Assembly (NCBI GenBank): GCA_964016885.1
Contig: OZ024740.1
Span: 187,922,001 to 187,986,000, forward strand
DNA: 64,000 nucleotides
Direction: 5' to 3'
Source: Eledone cirrhosa
Lineage: Eukaryota
A model generated the notes under the pieces. It was not told the origin of the DNA. It searched no databases and was given only the letters and a program-made list of their open reading frames with translations. Shown piece by piece: positions 38,837-53,529 of this stretch. The first letter of the stretch is position 1. Each line of letters starts with the position of its first letter. The position numbers and the translations under genes are program-made.

Positions 38837-40140
38837 CAGGGTGCGGACGATATTTGTTCGCAAGATTACTGTCTAGGAAAAAGTAACACAGCAGTTTTAT
38901 TTTTTAAGATATAATTATCAAACTTGGGTCAGTTTGTCTTCATGAGTTGTTCTTTCGATCTCACTCGATAAACCTGCCATTGGCTTTGATGGCTGCCTCA
39001 AGGCAGCCTCGGAACCAGCTACAGGCCTTCGTCACTGTCCCCCGACTTAGGCCCCCAAAGGCACTTGTGATCCTGGCCTTCAGATCGTCTTTCGTTTTGC
39101 AGCTAGATCTGTTGGTGTCTTGTTCCACTGCGCCCCACACAAAGAAGTCGAGGGGGTTGCAGTCAGGCGAGCTCGGAGGCTAGATGTCAGGTGAAGTGTG
39201 GTCGACGAAGTTCTCTGACAGCCAGGCTTGGGTTTTTCGGCCGGTATGGCAGGGCGCTGAGTCTTGCTGCCATACGTACAGCCTACCTCCAGCTACCTGG
39301 TCGTTCCAGGGCTTTACTACCTCGCTCAGAACGCGGATGTAGCCGTCAGTGTTCAACTTGAGGCCCTCGGGGAAGAAGTGAGGTGGCATGACGTCACCTT
39401 GACTGCTGACGACACCTAAGACCAATGTTGTCGCTGGAAACTTTGTCTGCATGACTCTGGGCACGTCTTTGGATGAGACAGCGAACCACCTGTTGTTCTG
39501 GGAGTTGATCTTCTGGTCTTGGCAGAAGTTTTTCTCTTCGGAGAAAAACCACAGCATGTCTGGCACCAGTGGGTGTTTCAATTTGTTGATCAGCTTCTTT
39601 GCGTACTTCAGTCGCTTTTCTTGCATCGCCTTTGACAGAAATTGTCCTTTCCTCATCTTGTATGAAACGTAGCGAATGTCTTCATGTACCACCAGCCTAA
39701 TGAGCTTTTCATCCACGCCTTACTCCCTTGCAATGGCACGCATCGACTTGCTAGGTTCATTGTTGATGATAACCTGAATTTCAGCGACGAACTCGGGCGT
39801 TCTGAAGGCGTCAGATAGTCGATCATGTGTTTTCCTCTCTGATGTTGCTTCGTAGTCGAATCCCGAATCTTCCAATTCCTTTCTGACCTTTTCCACCATT
39901 CTCCTGCTGACACTGAGAAAGTCTGAAATTTCCTTATTTGTCCTCCCGGCGCGGATGCTAAGAAGAATTCCGTGTCTCTTCCACAAATTTGGAGGTTCAA
40001 AATTATTCATAAATTATTCTGAAAATAAATAATGGAAATATAGTCACTGTTTTTATGAAGACAAGAGTGACAACGGAATTAAAAATAATTTGCATAAAAT
40101 TAGCAGTTGAAAATTGCGAACAAATATCGTCCACACCCTG
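38837..40140 (-). mobile_element. Full-length Tc1/mariner DD37D (maT) transposon
   Basis: 27-bp TIRs cagggtg(c/t)ggacgatatttgttcgcaa, TA flanks, 1304 bp. Confidence 0.95.
38961..40010 (-). pseudogene. maT/DD37D transposase pseudogene (350 codons, two in-frame stops)
   Basis: N-terminal HTH; FSEEK (first Asp changed to Glu), QQDSAPCH, then 37 residues to SPDCNPLD. Stops at 39720-39722 and 39180-39182. Confidence 0.92.
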
Positions 40141-42419
40141 TATATATATATATATGTGTATATTTATATGTATATATATATACTGCTGAGAAAACAGATT
40201 TTTTGATTTTCCTTAAACCAGATTTTTTATAGAAATGTTTTTTAATTCCTTCTAATCATTATTCCAGGCTTTTCTTTAATATCTAAGAGAAATAGGCCAT
40301 TATAGAGAATTACAATGTATCAAGTCTTTTAGCCTAGGTTCTGGTCATGACATTTTCAAACTGATTATTTGAAATATATTTTCAGAAGCAGAATTTAAAA
40401 GGGACCAAGAATTGTTTCCGTGTATACAAACAAATAGGTACTCTTATGTCCCTACAGTATCATGGTTTAGTTTTAGTAGCCTCAGCTGCTCTAAGGCTAT
40501 GCATTTCCAATTTCATTTTGATAAATAATACCAAAAAGGAGATATATCTATCTGTGGTTAAAGGTACCAGCTTTATAGAACATAGGTCAGTGAAACACAT
40601 TTAAAATCCATATTAAAGACTTTACCTTAACTCCTAAAACTTAAGCCTAAGAGAGCTTTTTAATTAAAATGTATCCTCCCAACAATTTTACTACTTCAGC
40701 ATCAGCGTTATATGTTTGCCACCATCTGGCCCTTTGGAATCCTAAGAGAGCTCACTCTATTGCAAACATTCACATCAGATCACTAATCTAAGAATAATTA
40801 AACATCTTTATACATTGCTTCTTATATCAGCAATCCATGACTTGTGGTTTCTGCACTCATTTCACTCACTAATTTCCAAGACTTTGCAAAAAGATCTTTG
40901 GCACTGCACTTTCTCATCTAAGTGATAAAAATGCATGGAAGATACAATTTTAAAATTCTATTTCTTGCAAATTCAATTTGTCTAACTTTTGTTTGTTAAT
41001 TCACTTCAGGTTTCATGTTGTCTTTATTTTGGCTTTATTTTTCCAAGATGTCATGTTACCATTCAGAATCACCATTAGACATGTTTTTATCTATCTGTTG
41101 AGATGTTCATGCCATACTGTTATGATAGAGTTTGCCATATCAGTGTTATTAGATACTGTACATTTTATTCATTCTCTCTATATATATATTTGCACATACA
41201 CGTATTTATAATTTTGGATACTTGATTTATACATGATTTATATCTGATCTATTTCTTTCTTCACTATGAATACTTATGTTTAAACTAATCTTTTTAGTTG
41301 TTACTTTATCTTTAGATGGAATATATGTTTTAACCAACGCAATTCCTATCCACTGCACTTCATGTAGAGTTAGTAACAACTGCTTCTTGCGAGCAAAATT
41401 TCAGCTTTAAGCAGTTGCATTAACCAAATACGTGTTAATATCTTCAAACAACTTACAACATGATTGTATTTTAAAGTTTGTTTTTACTTTAGATATTAAT
41501 ATCCATAAATTCATATAATAAATTAAGTTTATACTTGAAACTTTGTATGAAGTAATAATCTATATTCATAAAAAAATAATTCTTTCCATTTGAGAGAGTA
41601 TAATTCCAAATGAGAGTTTTATAATCCCAGAATCTAATTTTTCCTCTATCCAAATATATAATGTGTATCTTTCCTATTTGCTTTCAGAACTCTTACATCT
41701 TATAAGATACTTATTTTCATTTTTTAATTTACAACATTATTAAAATATGTTATTTCATTATATTTACACTTTCAAATATTTTAGTGACTATTTTACACAT
41801 TGTAAATAAAATAGATTATTTGACTATGAGAGACAGATAGACTTGGCTCTACAAATTATAAAATATTCAAATCATAATTTAATATAACTTAAAAAATTTC
41901 AAATATGAAACCCTGTGGATATTATGCACACACACACACATAAACATATCTTCATCATTCAAAAGGTGATGGCTGGGTTATCAGAGATCAGGTCAGTAAA
42001 TAAACTGTGCAACTCTCAGATGGACCATGGACACATCTCACATACAATTCTGCACTTAACAGAATGTACAGGGTACATATCATTGTAGCTCAAGCACTAG
42101 GGAGGTTATCATGTCTTTCATATAACTATCAACACCTTGTTTGAAAAATCTTGTATGGCTGGATACCTTTTCTAATCAGCAACCATTTTACAGCATATAC
42201 TGGTGTGATTTATGTTGTCACCAGCACTCGAGAGGTTGTCATGCCCTTGACAAAATTGAAGAGTCTTCTTAACAATTTTTCTGGCATGCTTTACACAGTT
42301 GGGTGCCTATTCTATCATCTTTTACCTTACAAGATGTACTGGGTACATTATATATGATTATATGTATAATATTTCTGTTAGTCTCCCTACACCTCATGTT
42401 TGTCCAAGATTTATATTGT

Positions 42420-43022
42420 ATACATAGTTACTACCTACTCCTTTTTTACATATCAAGCAGGGCCAATTCTCTATTGGGATCAGGGTCCTGTCTACTGTCC
42501 TGCTTACCAAAACTTTGTTTTTTGTGTGGCGGATGCACAGGAATAGCAAGATCATCACCAAATAAACTCTTTCCAATCCCAGCAAGGTTCCATAGAAGTG
42601 GGTGATAGCTTCTGCTACCTACGTAATCAAATTGGTAGGCATGGAGCTTGAACCAAGAGCATAGTAACTAGGGTAAGAATAGGATAGAAATGTTCAGGAA
42701 GCTACAACACCTGTTGACAACAAAAGCTTTATCTCTAAAAAAGAAAGCTTGGCAGTATAATGCCTATATGTAATGAGAAACGAATGCTGAGGGTTTACAA
42801 AAGCTAAATTGAAATTGAGTGAGCATGGTCTGATATATACTAATGTGTATGAAAGACAAAAAATGGAAGAGCTGAGAGAAAAACTGGATATGAGAGGAAT
42901 CGGATGTAGTGTGCAGGAGAGAGGACTGTGCTATTATGGTCATGTGATGCATATGTATGACAATCATTGGGTGAAGAAGTGCCAAGAAATTCCAGTGGAA
43001 GAGAGATACAGTAAAGGAAGGT
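42420..43022 (+). pseudogene. RTE LINE 3' fragment
   Basis: DSFCYL, EELREKLDMRGIGCSVQERGLCYYGHVMHM..WVKKC. Confidence 0.8.
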
Positions 43023-43617
43023 TTACTGAGCTGGTCCCAGGGTTACTCACTCCAGTAAGTACCACCCAATCCCAACTACTAAATTTAATAAAAATAAGAG
43101 ATAGAAGAATTTTCATACAAATTCATTTCGCGTGCGAATTATCTCTCACTACATTAGAAGTAATGACTGAAGCATAATAAGTTTCTCAAGACGAGTATCA
43201 AAATAACTTGCATTTATTGTAGTCCATGCTACAAAGGTGGTAAACAAATGTCCTCGTGGCATAAGATGTGGTTGGAAAAAGGTTAGCATGCTTGCGTTCG
43301 ATGTGATCATTTCCAGGGTTGATCGTCAAAAGAGAGGAAGATGAACTTCAGTTCACTCTTTTATAAGCCTTTGAAGAAGGTTCTAGAATTTCAACGGGAA
43401 GTAACTCTAGCTACTTCCCTTGTCTAGAGAGCGCTACAAAGGCAAAGGAAGATTTGGACCGAGATTGCAAGTGTGGAGCTCACAGTTGAGTTGACAAAGG
43501 AATGCAACGTGTGGTGTGCTGGAAAAAAATCCTCCAACATATGCAAGCATGGAAAAATTAATGTAAAATGGTGATGATGATTATGAGGATGTATAAATAT
43601 ATATATATATTTATTTA

Positions 43618-43928
43618 TAGATTAAGTAGAATCAAAAAGAGTGTTGCAGCATATGTATAAATTTTATTGACATATTACAAATGTTTCAATATTGATCAGC
43701 TCAGTGTACAATCAAAATGATGGGGCCTGGCCCTTTTTTCAACATATCTTAGATATGCGAGTTTATATGTGCAAAGGCATACAAACTCGTATATCTGATG
43801 AGATGTCGAAAAACAGTCATGCCCTGCCATTTTGATTATACCCTGAGCTGATCGATATTGAAATAATTGTAATATGTCAATAGATTTCATACATATGCTG
43901 TAACACTTTTTTGATTCTACGTAATCTA
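43618..43928. repeat. About 310-bp imperfect palindrome next to (TA)n
   Basis: tagattaagtagaatcaaaaagagtgttgcagcatatgta ... tacatatgctgtaacactttttgattctacgtaatcta, with pairing continuing to a small central loop near 43770. Confidence 0.85.
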
Positions 43929-44074
43929 TTTACACTCTGCATGCTACTACCACCTTAACTCTGGTATACAAACCACACAAAATGGAACTTGTAACAGCAT
44001 TGAGTACTTTGAATGGTGCACCACCTTTAAATGTAGTTACAACCCTAACTAACACACACACATATATATGCAAA

Positions 44075-44777
44075 GCATAATGAACTGCACAAGAAATTAG
44101 GCATAAGAAGGATCAGATGTTGTGTGCAGGAGATTAGATTGTGTTGGTATGGACATGTGATGTGTATAAAGGATCACCACTGTATAAAAACGTGCAGAGT
44201 ACTCAAAGTTGATGTTAGCCATGGAGAAGGCATGCCTAGGAAGGCTTGGGATGAGGTAATAAGAGCTGACTTGGCTCAATTACACCACCCTACGGCGATG
44301 ACACAGGACCATGACCTCTGGTGCTATGAAGAATTACAGAATACCAGCCCTATATTATTCTTGGGCTGTAACACCATTCCCTACCATCTCCCCTCTCATA
44401 AACCTCCCTTATACCTACATCACCAATTTTGCAAAGCATCTTCCCGACCCCTCCCGAGTTTCCAACCTCTGCTATAAAGTAATCTCCCCTCCCCTGGAGC
44501 CATGAGAAAAGAGCACAGCCCACACTATAGTGGTCATATAGGTGACATGACAAAAATGAGTGCCCGGCCCACACTGTAAAGTGGTCATGTAGGTTACATG
44601 GCAAAAAGCACCCAGCACACAATCCAAATGTGGTTGGTGTTTGGAAGGGCATCCAGCAGTAGAAACCAAGCCAAAATCAGGTTTTATGGGAGTGAATCAC
44701 GGTCTCCAGAGCTGACCACTCACAAAGGGATAGCCTGTCCTACCATGCTAGCATGGAAGATGGACATTAAACGAAGA

Positions 44778-44780
<3 letters not shown>
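44075..44780 (+). mobile_element. RTE LINE 3' fragment with family B tail
   Basis: RLCWYGHVMCIKD..GMPRKAWDEVIRADL, then subrepeats and ggttggtgtttggaagggcatccagc. Confidence 0.82.
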
Positions 44781-44813
<33 letters not shown>

Positions 44814-45499
44814 ATTTGATGTTAGAATTCAGATTGGAATGTTCCAAATACATTCTGATTGAATCAAGACAGCAACTGAATTATGATGAGGAAATATACC
44901 ATATTTTACCTATAGCTTTTGTACTATAGTTCGTTTCATTTATTTTATAGAATCTGTTATGTTTTTTTCACTTTCCACATGTACACACATTTTGGTATGG
45001 TTTTATTTGTTTATCATTAATACTGTTTTCCTTCTATACTATACTAAAATTAGTGTTATCTAAATCGTGTTTGTTTTAACATTTTATATTCACTTTACTG
45101 ATTTTATAATGTACATTTTTATTAGAAATAAATCCCTTGATATTATACAGATTTTTTTGTAAACATAAAGAAATTTCAGAGAGAGTCTATCACAGTTTCA
45201 CTATTATTTGTCTTAAAATGTGTTTCTCTTAATTCTCTCTGTATGTATTTTGGCTTATATTAAACACAAATACTTCTCAACAGTGAAGGTTCAATACATT
45301 CAGAAAAACAATATGCTACTTTTTCATGGCAATAACATACAGAATAATCAATCCTTGCATTAGTGAATAAAATAATTTTTTTGTAATGTCTTAGTAATGG
45401 CTTAAACTTATAAACCTATTTAAAATTTATTCACAAAATACACTAATCAGATTATTATGTCTATTCATATGGGTTCATCTAATATTTATTATAATTAAA

Positions 45500-45617
45500 C
45501 AGGCGCATGGCTTAGTGGTTAGTACATTGGGCTTGCAATTGAAAGGTTCTGAGTTCAATTCTCGGACCAGGTGATGTTGTTTCCTTGAGCAAGACACTTT
45601 ATTTCACATTGCTCAAG
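45500..45617 (+). mobile_element. tRNA-derived SINE head (family B/C)
   Basis: A-box tggcttagtggtta, B-box gagttcaattctc, and ccttgagcaagacactt. Confidence 0.8.
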
Positions 45618-47425
45618 GGCCATTCTGAGTTCAACTTCATTACATAATGAGTTTCAACAAGTTTTTCTAATTTTTGTTTGCATATTCCTCGGCTTATATT
45701 CGAGTATATCAAGTATATGTGTGCAATATACTATAAACCAATAAATTTATTTATATGAAATGGGGCTAAGTTGGTTTCGATCATGAGAATTGAAGCTTTG
45801 TCTTCAATGCAACAGCATACTCAAAAAACTAAATTGTGACTGACTGATTATTCAATGGATATGTACACTAAGCATAACTCTCGGGGAGATTCAGTATGAC
45901 ACTTTATGTAAAAAGGCTGCTCCTTTGAATTATAGGTGCAGTCCTTCCTAGTGATGGTGACGAACATGATAAACACACACAGTATATGCTGTAAAGTGGT
46001 TGAGCATAGGAAGGGCATCCAGCCATAGAAAGCTTGCCCAATAAAGGGTTGGTAGGAGGATTTTAGTTCTGTCAAAAACATGACAGTTTTCTCCTGCGAA
46101 CTCGCTAGAACATAAGATCATACATTAGCGAGTTGCAGCCTTCCTCTCCCTTAGCCTCCCTGGGTGGTCAGCAACCCTGCTTCATTACTAACTTGGATTA
46201 TGTAAACATGTCCACCCCATGCTAGCAAGGACAGTAGATGTTAAATGGTAATGATGATGATGTTGATACCCACTCACACACACAAACAGACATACACACA
46301 CATATATATCTATTGTGACAACTTGGTAACAAATATGACTACCTTTAGCATTAAAATGGCAAGCCTGAGACTCCACATCCCATGGCACTTCCACAGAGGA
46401 TGCATCTATGCGAATGGAATGAGATTCTTAGTCATTCCTGCTTGTAATACACCTTCTGTGTACTTTTGAGACCAAATAATCTGTTGCATTGTCATGGACA
46501 TGAAAGTTCCCCCTTCTGCTGCAAGAAGACTTATGATGTTTTGTAGTTCCAAGAAGTAACAACAATCAAAAGCAAATTAAGACGGGCAGAAACCTCAAAT
46601 ATCACAGGTTGCAAGAGCATTCTTCTCTAATATATATTTACATATACATGAAAACACACATAGATACATGTGCATGCATATATACAGACTATTTAATGGC
46701 CATTCACTCGGTAGACTTCATTTGCTTTTTGACAAATTTTGTTTTCCATCATTTCATAAAGACATGAATAGTTATATTGATAAATATAAAGAGTAATGGC
46801 TATTTTATTTTACTAAGTCTTTTTTTATGAAAAAACAAAATACACTATTAAAGGGAACTAGAAAAATGAATTAAGCAGCAAAAGAAAGGGAGAAGGGGAG
46901 GACAGGAATCACACCCCAGTCTGAACAGTGCCTCAGCCACATCCCACAGACAAACTGGCAAACACATTACACTAGAGGGGGCCAGGGGCACTCACTGCCA
47001 GAGCCATCCCACATCTTACAGACTTCCTCATTAAGCAGACCACTCTCTTTCCAAAAATAAATGTCACTCAATAATATTAAGGTATGAACTATTTTGTTTC
47101 ACTTATATATGTGAGACAATACATAATTTTCTCTTTTCTCTTCATTTATGCAATCTTTTCAAATAAATAAACAATTGTTACTTCAGCAAGCATTTATCCT
47201 TGAAATTTAGTCATGGCTTATTTCTATTGACAAGCTTAACTAACAGTTCGCTATACTTTTGTTGATGCTCTTTTTGCAATTATGTTAGTATTTGTTTCAG
47301 AGGATATAGATCATTTATATCTGTACATTTTTATTTCACATTTTATTGTTCAATTGATTTATTAGTTAAAAATATGACAATAAAATCCCCATATTTTTAA
47401 AAATCTGGAATATATATATGCCATT

Positions 47426-47541
<116 letters not shown>

Positions 47542-47569
47542 TGTATATATATATATATAGATATATATG

Positions 47570-47654
<85 letters not shown>

Positions 47655-48907
47655 CGAAATGGCATTTGCAATAATGGGTAGTTGTATAATTTGAAGCAGA
47701 GATAAATAGACTATTTAATACTTTAAATCAATGCATGGATCAATGGCTATAATTTAAAAAAAGTCAGATACAATGAGGCTGACATGCATAGGGACTTGAG
47801 AAAATAAGATCATAATCAAGCATTGTTAGAGGAAAATGAACATTTTTATATCCCCTTCATCTGTAAGATTGAATAATTTGCAATGTTTCTGAATAAATAA
47901 TAATTCTTAAAAAATTGGATAGTATATTAGAAATGACACAATTGTGTTCGCAATAAATGTTTCTAGGGTTAGAAGCATGGCAGGATTTATCAGGGGGTGA
48001 ATGACCTGAGCTCCCTTCCTCAAACAGAGCATTCCTCTTCAAACGGCCCCTTCTCTATTTTCCTGTGTATGTGCATGCACACACAGAAACACACACACAC
48101 CAAACCTGAACTGTCCTAGTCCCCAAGGTCTAAATCTGATCTTGCTTAGAAGTAGTCAACACTATATGTATAGTACTTCAATTCAGTTATATTTGTATTT
48201 GCACCCTGTAAGAAGTTTGTAAGTTTTATAAACATGTACAAAAATTACGTCTGTGTAATCTATAATATTCTTACATTTTGTGAGTGTCAGTGTGTTTTCT
48301 TGTTGTCTTTACATGCTCCTAGTCAAATTGATCAGCAACTAAAATGTAGTGTATTTAAATATTTACATATTAAATATTATTATAGCAACATGAATATTTA
48401 CATATAAAGCTGTGTATTGATACTTTTGTTATAATTGCATTATTTACACACAATCGATTTGCAATATCAGTTAGCCTGCTTTTCAGTATATAGTTATGTC
48501 CCTTTACATTCTGAGTTCAAATCCTACTCAAGTAAACTTTGCTTTTCATACTTACGGGGTTGATAAAACAAAGTACAAGTAATGCCCTCCCCAAAAATTG
48601 TTTGTCTTTTGCCTAAATCAGAAATTCCTGCTATATCAAGCATTAAACTAAAATATATCTTCATTGTAGTGTGCTATTTGCTTTTTTTTTTAATTTCTAT
48701 TTACTTTTTGTATGTATATATGTATACATATAATACTTATAATAAGGAGCAGAAACCAGGTATCAATATACCATCATTATGTTTATTAACATCTGATGAG
48801 CTATCGATTCTAGAGTTGCGCCCGATCGATACCGATTGTACCTTGAGCAAATTGTCCATGAAAAATGTAAATAAACATAATTATCCTATATTCATACCTT
48901 CCTCCTG

Positions 48908-48969
<62 letters not shown>

Positions 48970-49146
48970 CATCACTCTGTTTTTTAAGTATACTGACTAT
49001 GGTGTAATACCAAATGTAGAATATCACATTGTTAACTGAACCCACATAAGCATTAAGAATTCAGACTGGTAAACCAATAGTAACTAAATGTTACACACCA
49101 ACAATAATCTCTCTCTCCTCTCTCTATCTCTCTATCTCTCTCTCTC

Positions 49147-49297
<151 letters not shown>

Positions 49298-49416
49298 TAA
49301 TAATAATAATAAATGTAAAGACTAAAATCCAAAGCATTTAGAGGAAATATTCATTAAAATAACAAATTAAAGTTTAAGCAAAGAATTGCTCCTTTCACCC
49401 TTAACGGAATCTTCTG

Positions 49417-49486
<70 letters not shown>

Positions 49487-49490
<4 letters not shown>

Positions 49491-49817
49491 TGTTATACTT
49501 TGGGAGGGTCATGCTGCCAATAAGAAACACACGCACCAGTAGCTTTCACTTGAATTTATTATAAATTAAATTTATAAATTTAGGAATTTATAAATTTCCG
49601 GTTGGTTGGTTGGTTCCACAACCAGACGATTGTTCATATATTGTCGAAGTTCTTTCGTCACACATTCTGTGACCTCTTCAGTGACTGGGGATTCTTTTCT
49701 TTGTTTTTGTGCCTCACCTTTGTTCTGTCCTACGCCATCTTGTTTCTGTGTGTGTTGTGTGCTTAGTTTGCGCATGTGTTACATCCGATAAAGAATCTTG
49801 CTAAACAAATTCAGAAA

Positions 49818-49820
<3 letters not shown>
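49487..49820 (-). mobile_element. Hammerhead family X element (no inverted arm)
   Basis: Hammerhead guca-CUGAAGA-g-gucaca(gaaug)ugugac-GAAA-gaac-UU-cgac at 49643-49686; (TA)n on both sides. Confidence 0.8.
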
Positions 49821-49887
<67 letters not shown>

Positions 49888-50470
49888 GGATACTTAGTAA
49901 AATCGAATCTCTGGCGGTGTGCAAGCAAATTCGGCCTACTATATGAATGAGTTAGCAAAGCACTCAACAAAGTAGGTCCTTAGAGTAATAACATACCTTT
50001 AAATAGCTTGACAAATTGAACATAGTGGTAGGCAAAATCAAACACACAATACCAAAGTAACGAAAGAACTAACAGGTTGAGAAAAATACACCTGGACAAA
50101 TCAAACGTTATACGTCTAAAGTGTTTCTATGAATCCGAAATCAAATATCAGACTTACGTAACTGGCAAGCTCGTGCTATTCATGATCGAACAGAGGATTC
50201 AGTTCATCAACAGGTTTTCGTTCTACTATATATATATATAAATATAAATTCAGCAAGAATCGCATTTCGGCGGGTAGAGAAAGCGAAACGAAACGCAAAA
50301 TCAGAGTTATGCTGGCAAGCGCCCAATAGTTAAAAAACCAGAGCTAAACAATATGTTAAAACGCCATACACACTGAAAAAGTGGTCAAGAAGGCATTAAC
50401 CACCTAAGCCAAAAAACAAATCAATCTAAATAGGTCAAACAAAATAAATGAGAAAAACAGACCTGGAACC

Positions 50471-50511
<41 letters not shown>

Positions 50512-50825
50512 CATAGAGATTTGAAAATATTCATGTGTAACATGTCTGTGTTTCTGTAATGATAATTTAGTATTCCGTCTTGAACCATTACAGTTACGTT
50601 TTAATGTATCTAACTGTACTATTGTTTCGAGTCAACCTTGTCAATTGCTCCACTACATTCCTCAGACATTGAAGTCTTTTGAAATTAATGATTCTAATAG
50701 CATATTCTCCATGTAAATACAGTATTAATATGGTTTGTATTTAGATTCATATGTAATGCTCTTAAAATGAAAACTTTGTTGGGGGAAGAGGAAGTATACT
50801 GATCTGAGCTACAGGCAGAAATAAT

Positions 50826-51014
50826 TGTTTCTACTTTTTGGCACAAGGCCAGCAATTACCCAGTAAATTACTGGTACTTTATTTTATCGACCCCGTAAGG
50901 ATGAAAGGCAAAGTTAACCTCGGCGGGATTTGAACTCAGAATGGCAAGGGCCGTAACTCTATACGTCAAAGCATGGCGTCCGACCCTCTACCGATACTGC
51001 CAATTCACCGCCCA
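50826..51014 (-). mobile_element. Full-length SINE family A with 15-bp target site duplication
   Basis: acaggcagaaataat at 50811-50825 and 51015-51029. Confidence 0.92.
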
Positions 51015-51344
51015 ACAGGCAGAAATAATGTGAGTGGGAGAGTGAGAGAAAGGAGTGTTTAGCAGGGAGCGTTACTAACAGTTACAAGCAGGAGCAATAA
51101 AAAATGCTATACATAAATAATCACACACGTACATGCATTCACATATGTGATCTGCTCAGAAGTGATTTTAAAGAGTGGAGTTATAGGAAGGTAAGAGATG
51201 TAGGTTAATTGAGGTTGTGGTTTGGTGGTGGTAGCAAAAAATGTAATATTGTTTATTGAGCTAAAATTTAGTTTTTAAAAGACTCTTACTCATTTAACAC
51301 ATGCAGCTTACTGCCACCTACGAGATAATCTATCCATTCACAAT

Positions 51345-52030
51345 TCATCATCATCATTGTAACCCGAGTTGAACATTCCTGTAAAAGTCTCTCCACAATT
51401 CATGATCTTCTATTTCTTCTGGCGACTGCTCCCTCCTGAGCTTTGTATTTGAGAGTTGATTGATGAAGGTTCAAGCAGGTCTTCCTTTACTGCTTCTCTC
51501 GTGAGTTGCTTCCTACATAGAAGCTTGCGTATAATTTCCTGATTATTTCTACAGCAATGTCTTGCAAATGCTAACTGTCTTATTGTAGTTGTTATCTTGG
51601 GCAAGTTTCTGTATAAACTTTCATTTGTAATACGCCGATGCCAGTTTATCTTTTGTACAGCCCTAAGCATTTTAGTATATGTACCATCTAGTTTCTCCTC
51701 AGGTGCTTCTGTTTGGATCCATTTACCTGATCCATACAACAAAACTGAATCAATAGATGTTCTGAAGAATGATATTTTGATTTCTGGGTAGATCTGACTT
51801 ATATATCATTTCCAGTTTGTAACCCAGATTTTGGAAATTCTAATGTCAATGTCCTTTTTTGATGAACTCATCCAGCTGTCCAAATATATAAAATCATCGA
51901 CTCAATTTAGGATTCCACTATCCAGTGTGACAAGATTTCCATCTTCTTGGTTCAATGACATGTACTCTGTCTTGGTAACATTTATGTGTAGACCATTTTT
52001 TTGCATTCTCAATGAAACTGTGTGATTGTA
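51345..52030 (-). pseudogene. RTE-type LINE 3' fragment
   Basis: VDDFIYLDSWMSSS, LLYGSGKW, KLDGTYTKMLRAV, LYRNLPKIT, LAFARHC. Confidence 0.85.
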
Positions 52031-53163
52031 CAAGTATATGTCAGAGTATCTATTATGTCAAAAAGCACCCACCCCACACTATAAAGTGGTTGTGTAGGTG
52101 TCACCCTGTTCTGTATGAGCAAGACATGCTCACCTGACTTAGCTTGTTTTATAATGGAGCAACTCATCTAACTCCTGCTAGCATGGAAAAATAAGCATTA
52201 AACTCTAATGATGATGATGTCTTAGTTGTCAACAACTATCAAATGTCCATGGATCCAACTCATATGAATGTTTCTTAATTATATTTGAAACTAATATATT
52301 TTCATATCTCTCCACAATTTAACAATAAATATTTTTGTAAATCCTAAACATTCTGTATTGACACATAGCTTATAGAATCATGTGAACTTTCTAAATATGT
52401 GAACATCATAGAATTTCATGAATATTTAAAAGTATTATTTGTTACTTTCACTGATAGGACAATAACATTATAATGTGAAAATAAATATGCCATCTATATT
52501 CTTGTCAAAGCTTTAATAGACTCTGTTCTTTTAGTTTCATTTTACTATGTGCTCTCTTATTCAGCTCATAGTTCTGAAAGACAGTCTCAAGATATTGGAA
52601 ATCAATTTAAAACACAATGATTAAAAATAAAACAAAAACTTTCTTGTGTAGAAAGATACACATAATTTAACATAAATCAACATCAATTAATATTTATAGC
52701 TTTCTAATTTAATATTAAAATACAATGTCTAAAAGAAATATTAGATATGCAAATTTCTATTTTTGCTAATAAAGTTAAAAGGTTTTAAGGAAAAATATAT
52801 TCAGAATGTTTAAAAAAAAGGAATAAAAACTGAACTTTCCATCTGAAGTTCAACAGATATATTTTAACTGGGACATATATATAATATTAGTATGTGTATG
52901 TGGTGCATGTCTACATTTGCATATATATATATATATATATATAAAGACATGTAAGACAACAGGTTAAGATTAATTTTGTTTATTCATATTCACTATTATA
53001 TATATTTCGTTGATAACTATTATTCAACAGCTATGACCTGGTCAGACCAACACATACACCAACATATATATATATATATTTATATATAACAAAGAAGGTG
53101 TGGTAAGGTACCAGGTGGACCATAACGCACCCGAGTACTCAATACTGTAGTAGAGTGTGTAAT

Positions 53164-53267
53164 AGTCAGGACCTTGATGGCTGAGCTCTGGCTGTTTGAA
53201 CAGCTAGATCTGAAAGTTTGGATCCAGCTGTCAAAGTGGCCTGAGCTCAGCCATCGGGGTCCTGACT
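53164..53267 (+). repeat. 104-nt GC-rich hairpin
   Basis: agtcaggaccttgatggctgagctc ... gagctcagccatcggggtcctgact, with further inner pairing. Confidence 0.85.
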
Positions 53268-53295
53268 CTTTTCCTATATATATATGATATATGTA

Positions 53296-53423
<128 letters not shown>

Positions 53424-53529
53424 AAAGGTGGAATTGAAAATAGCACGGAAAATATATTTAAGGATCTGTTTCTCTTTTTTTCTTCTTTGAATATGAAGGC
53501 CCACATCACCAACAACCCTAAGAACACAC

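Noticed and set aside
43790-43825. CTGATGAgatgtcGAAAaacagTC as a hammerhead
   Set aside because: Stem II is only 2 bp with a 2-nt loop, there is no stem III, and the motif is not kept in the opposite arm.
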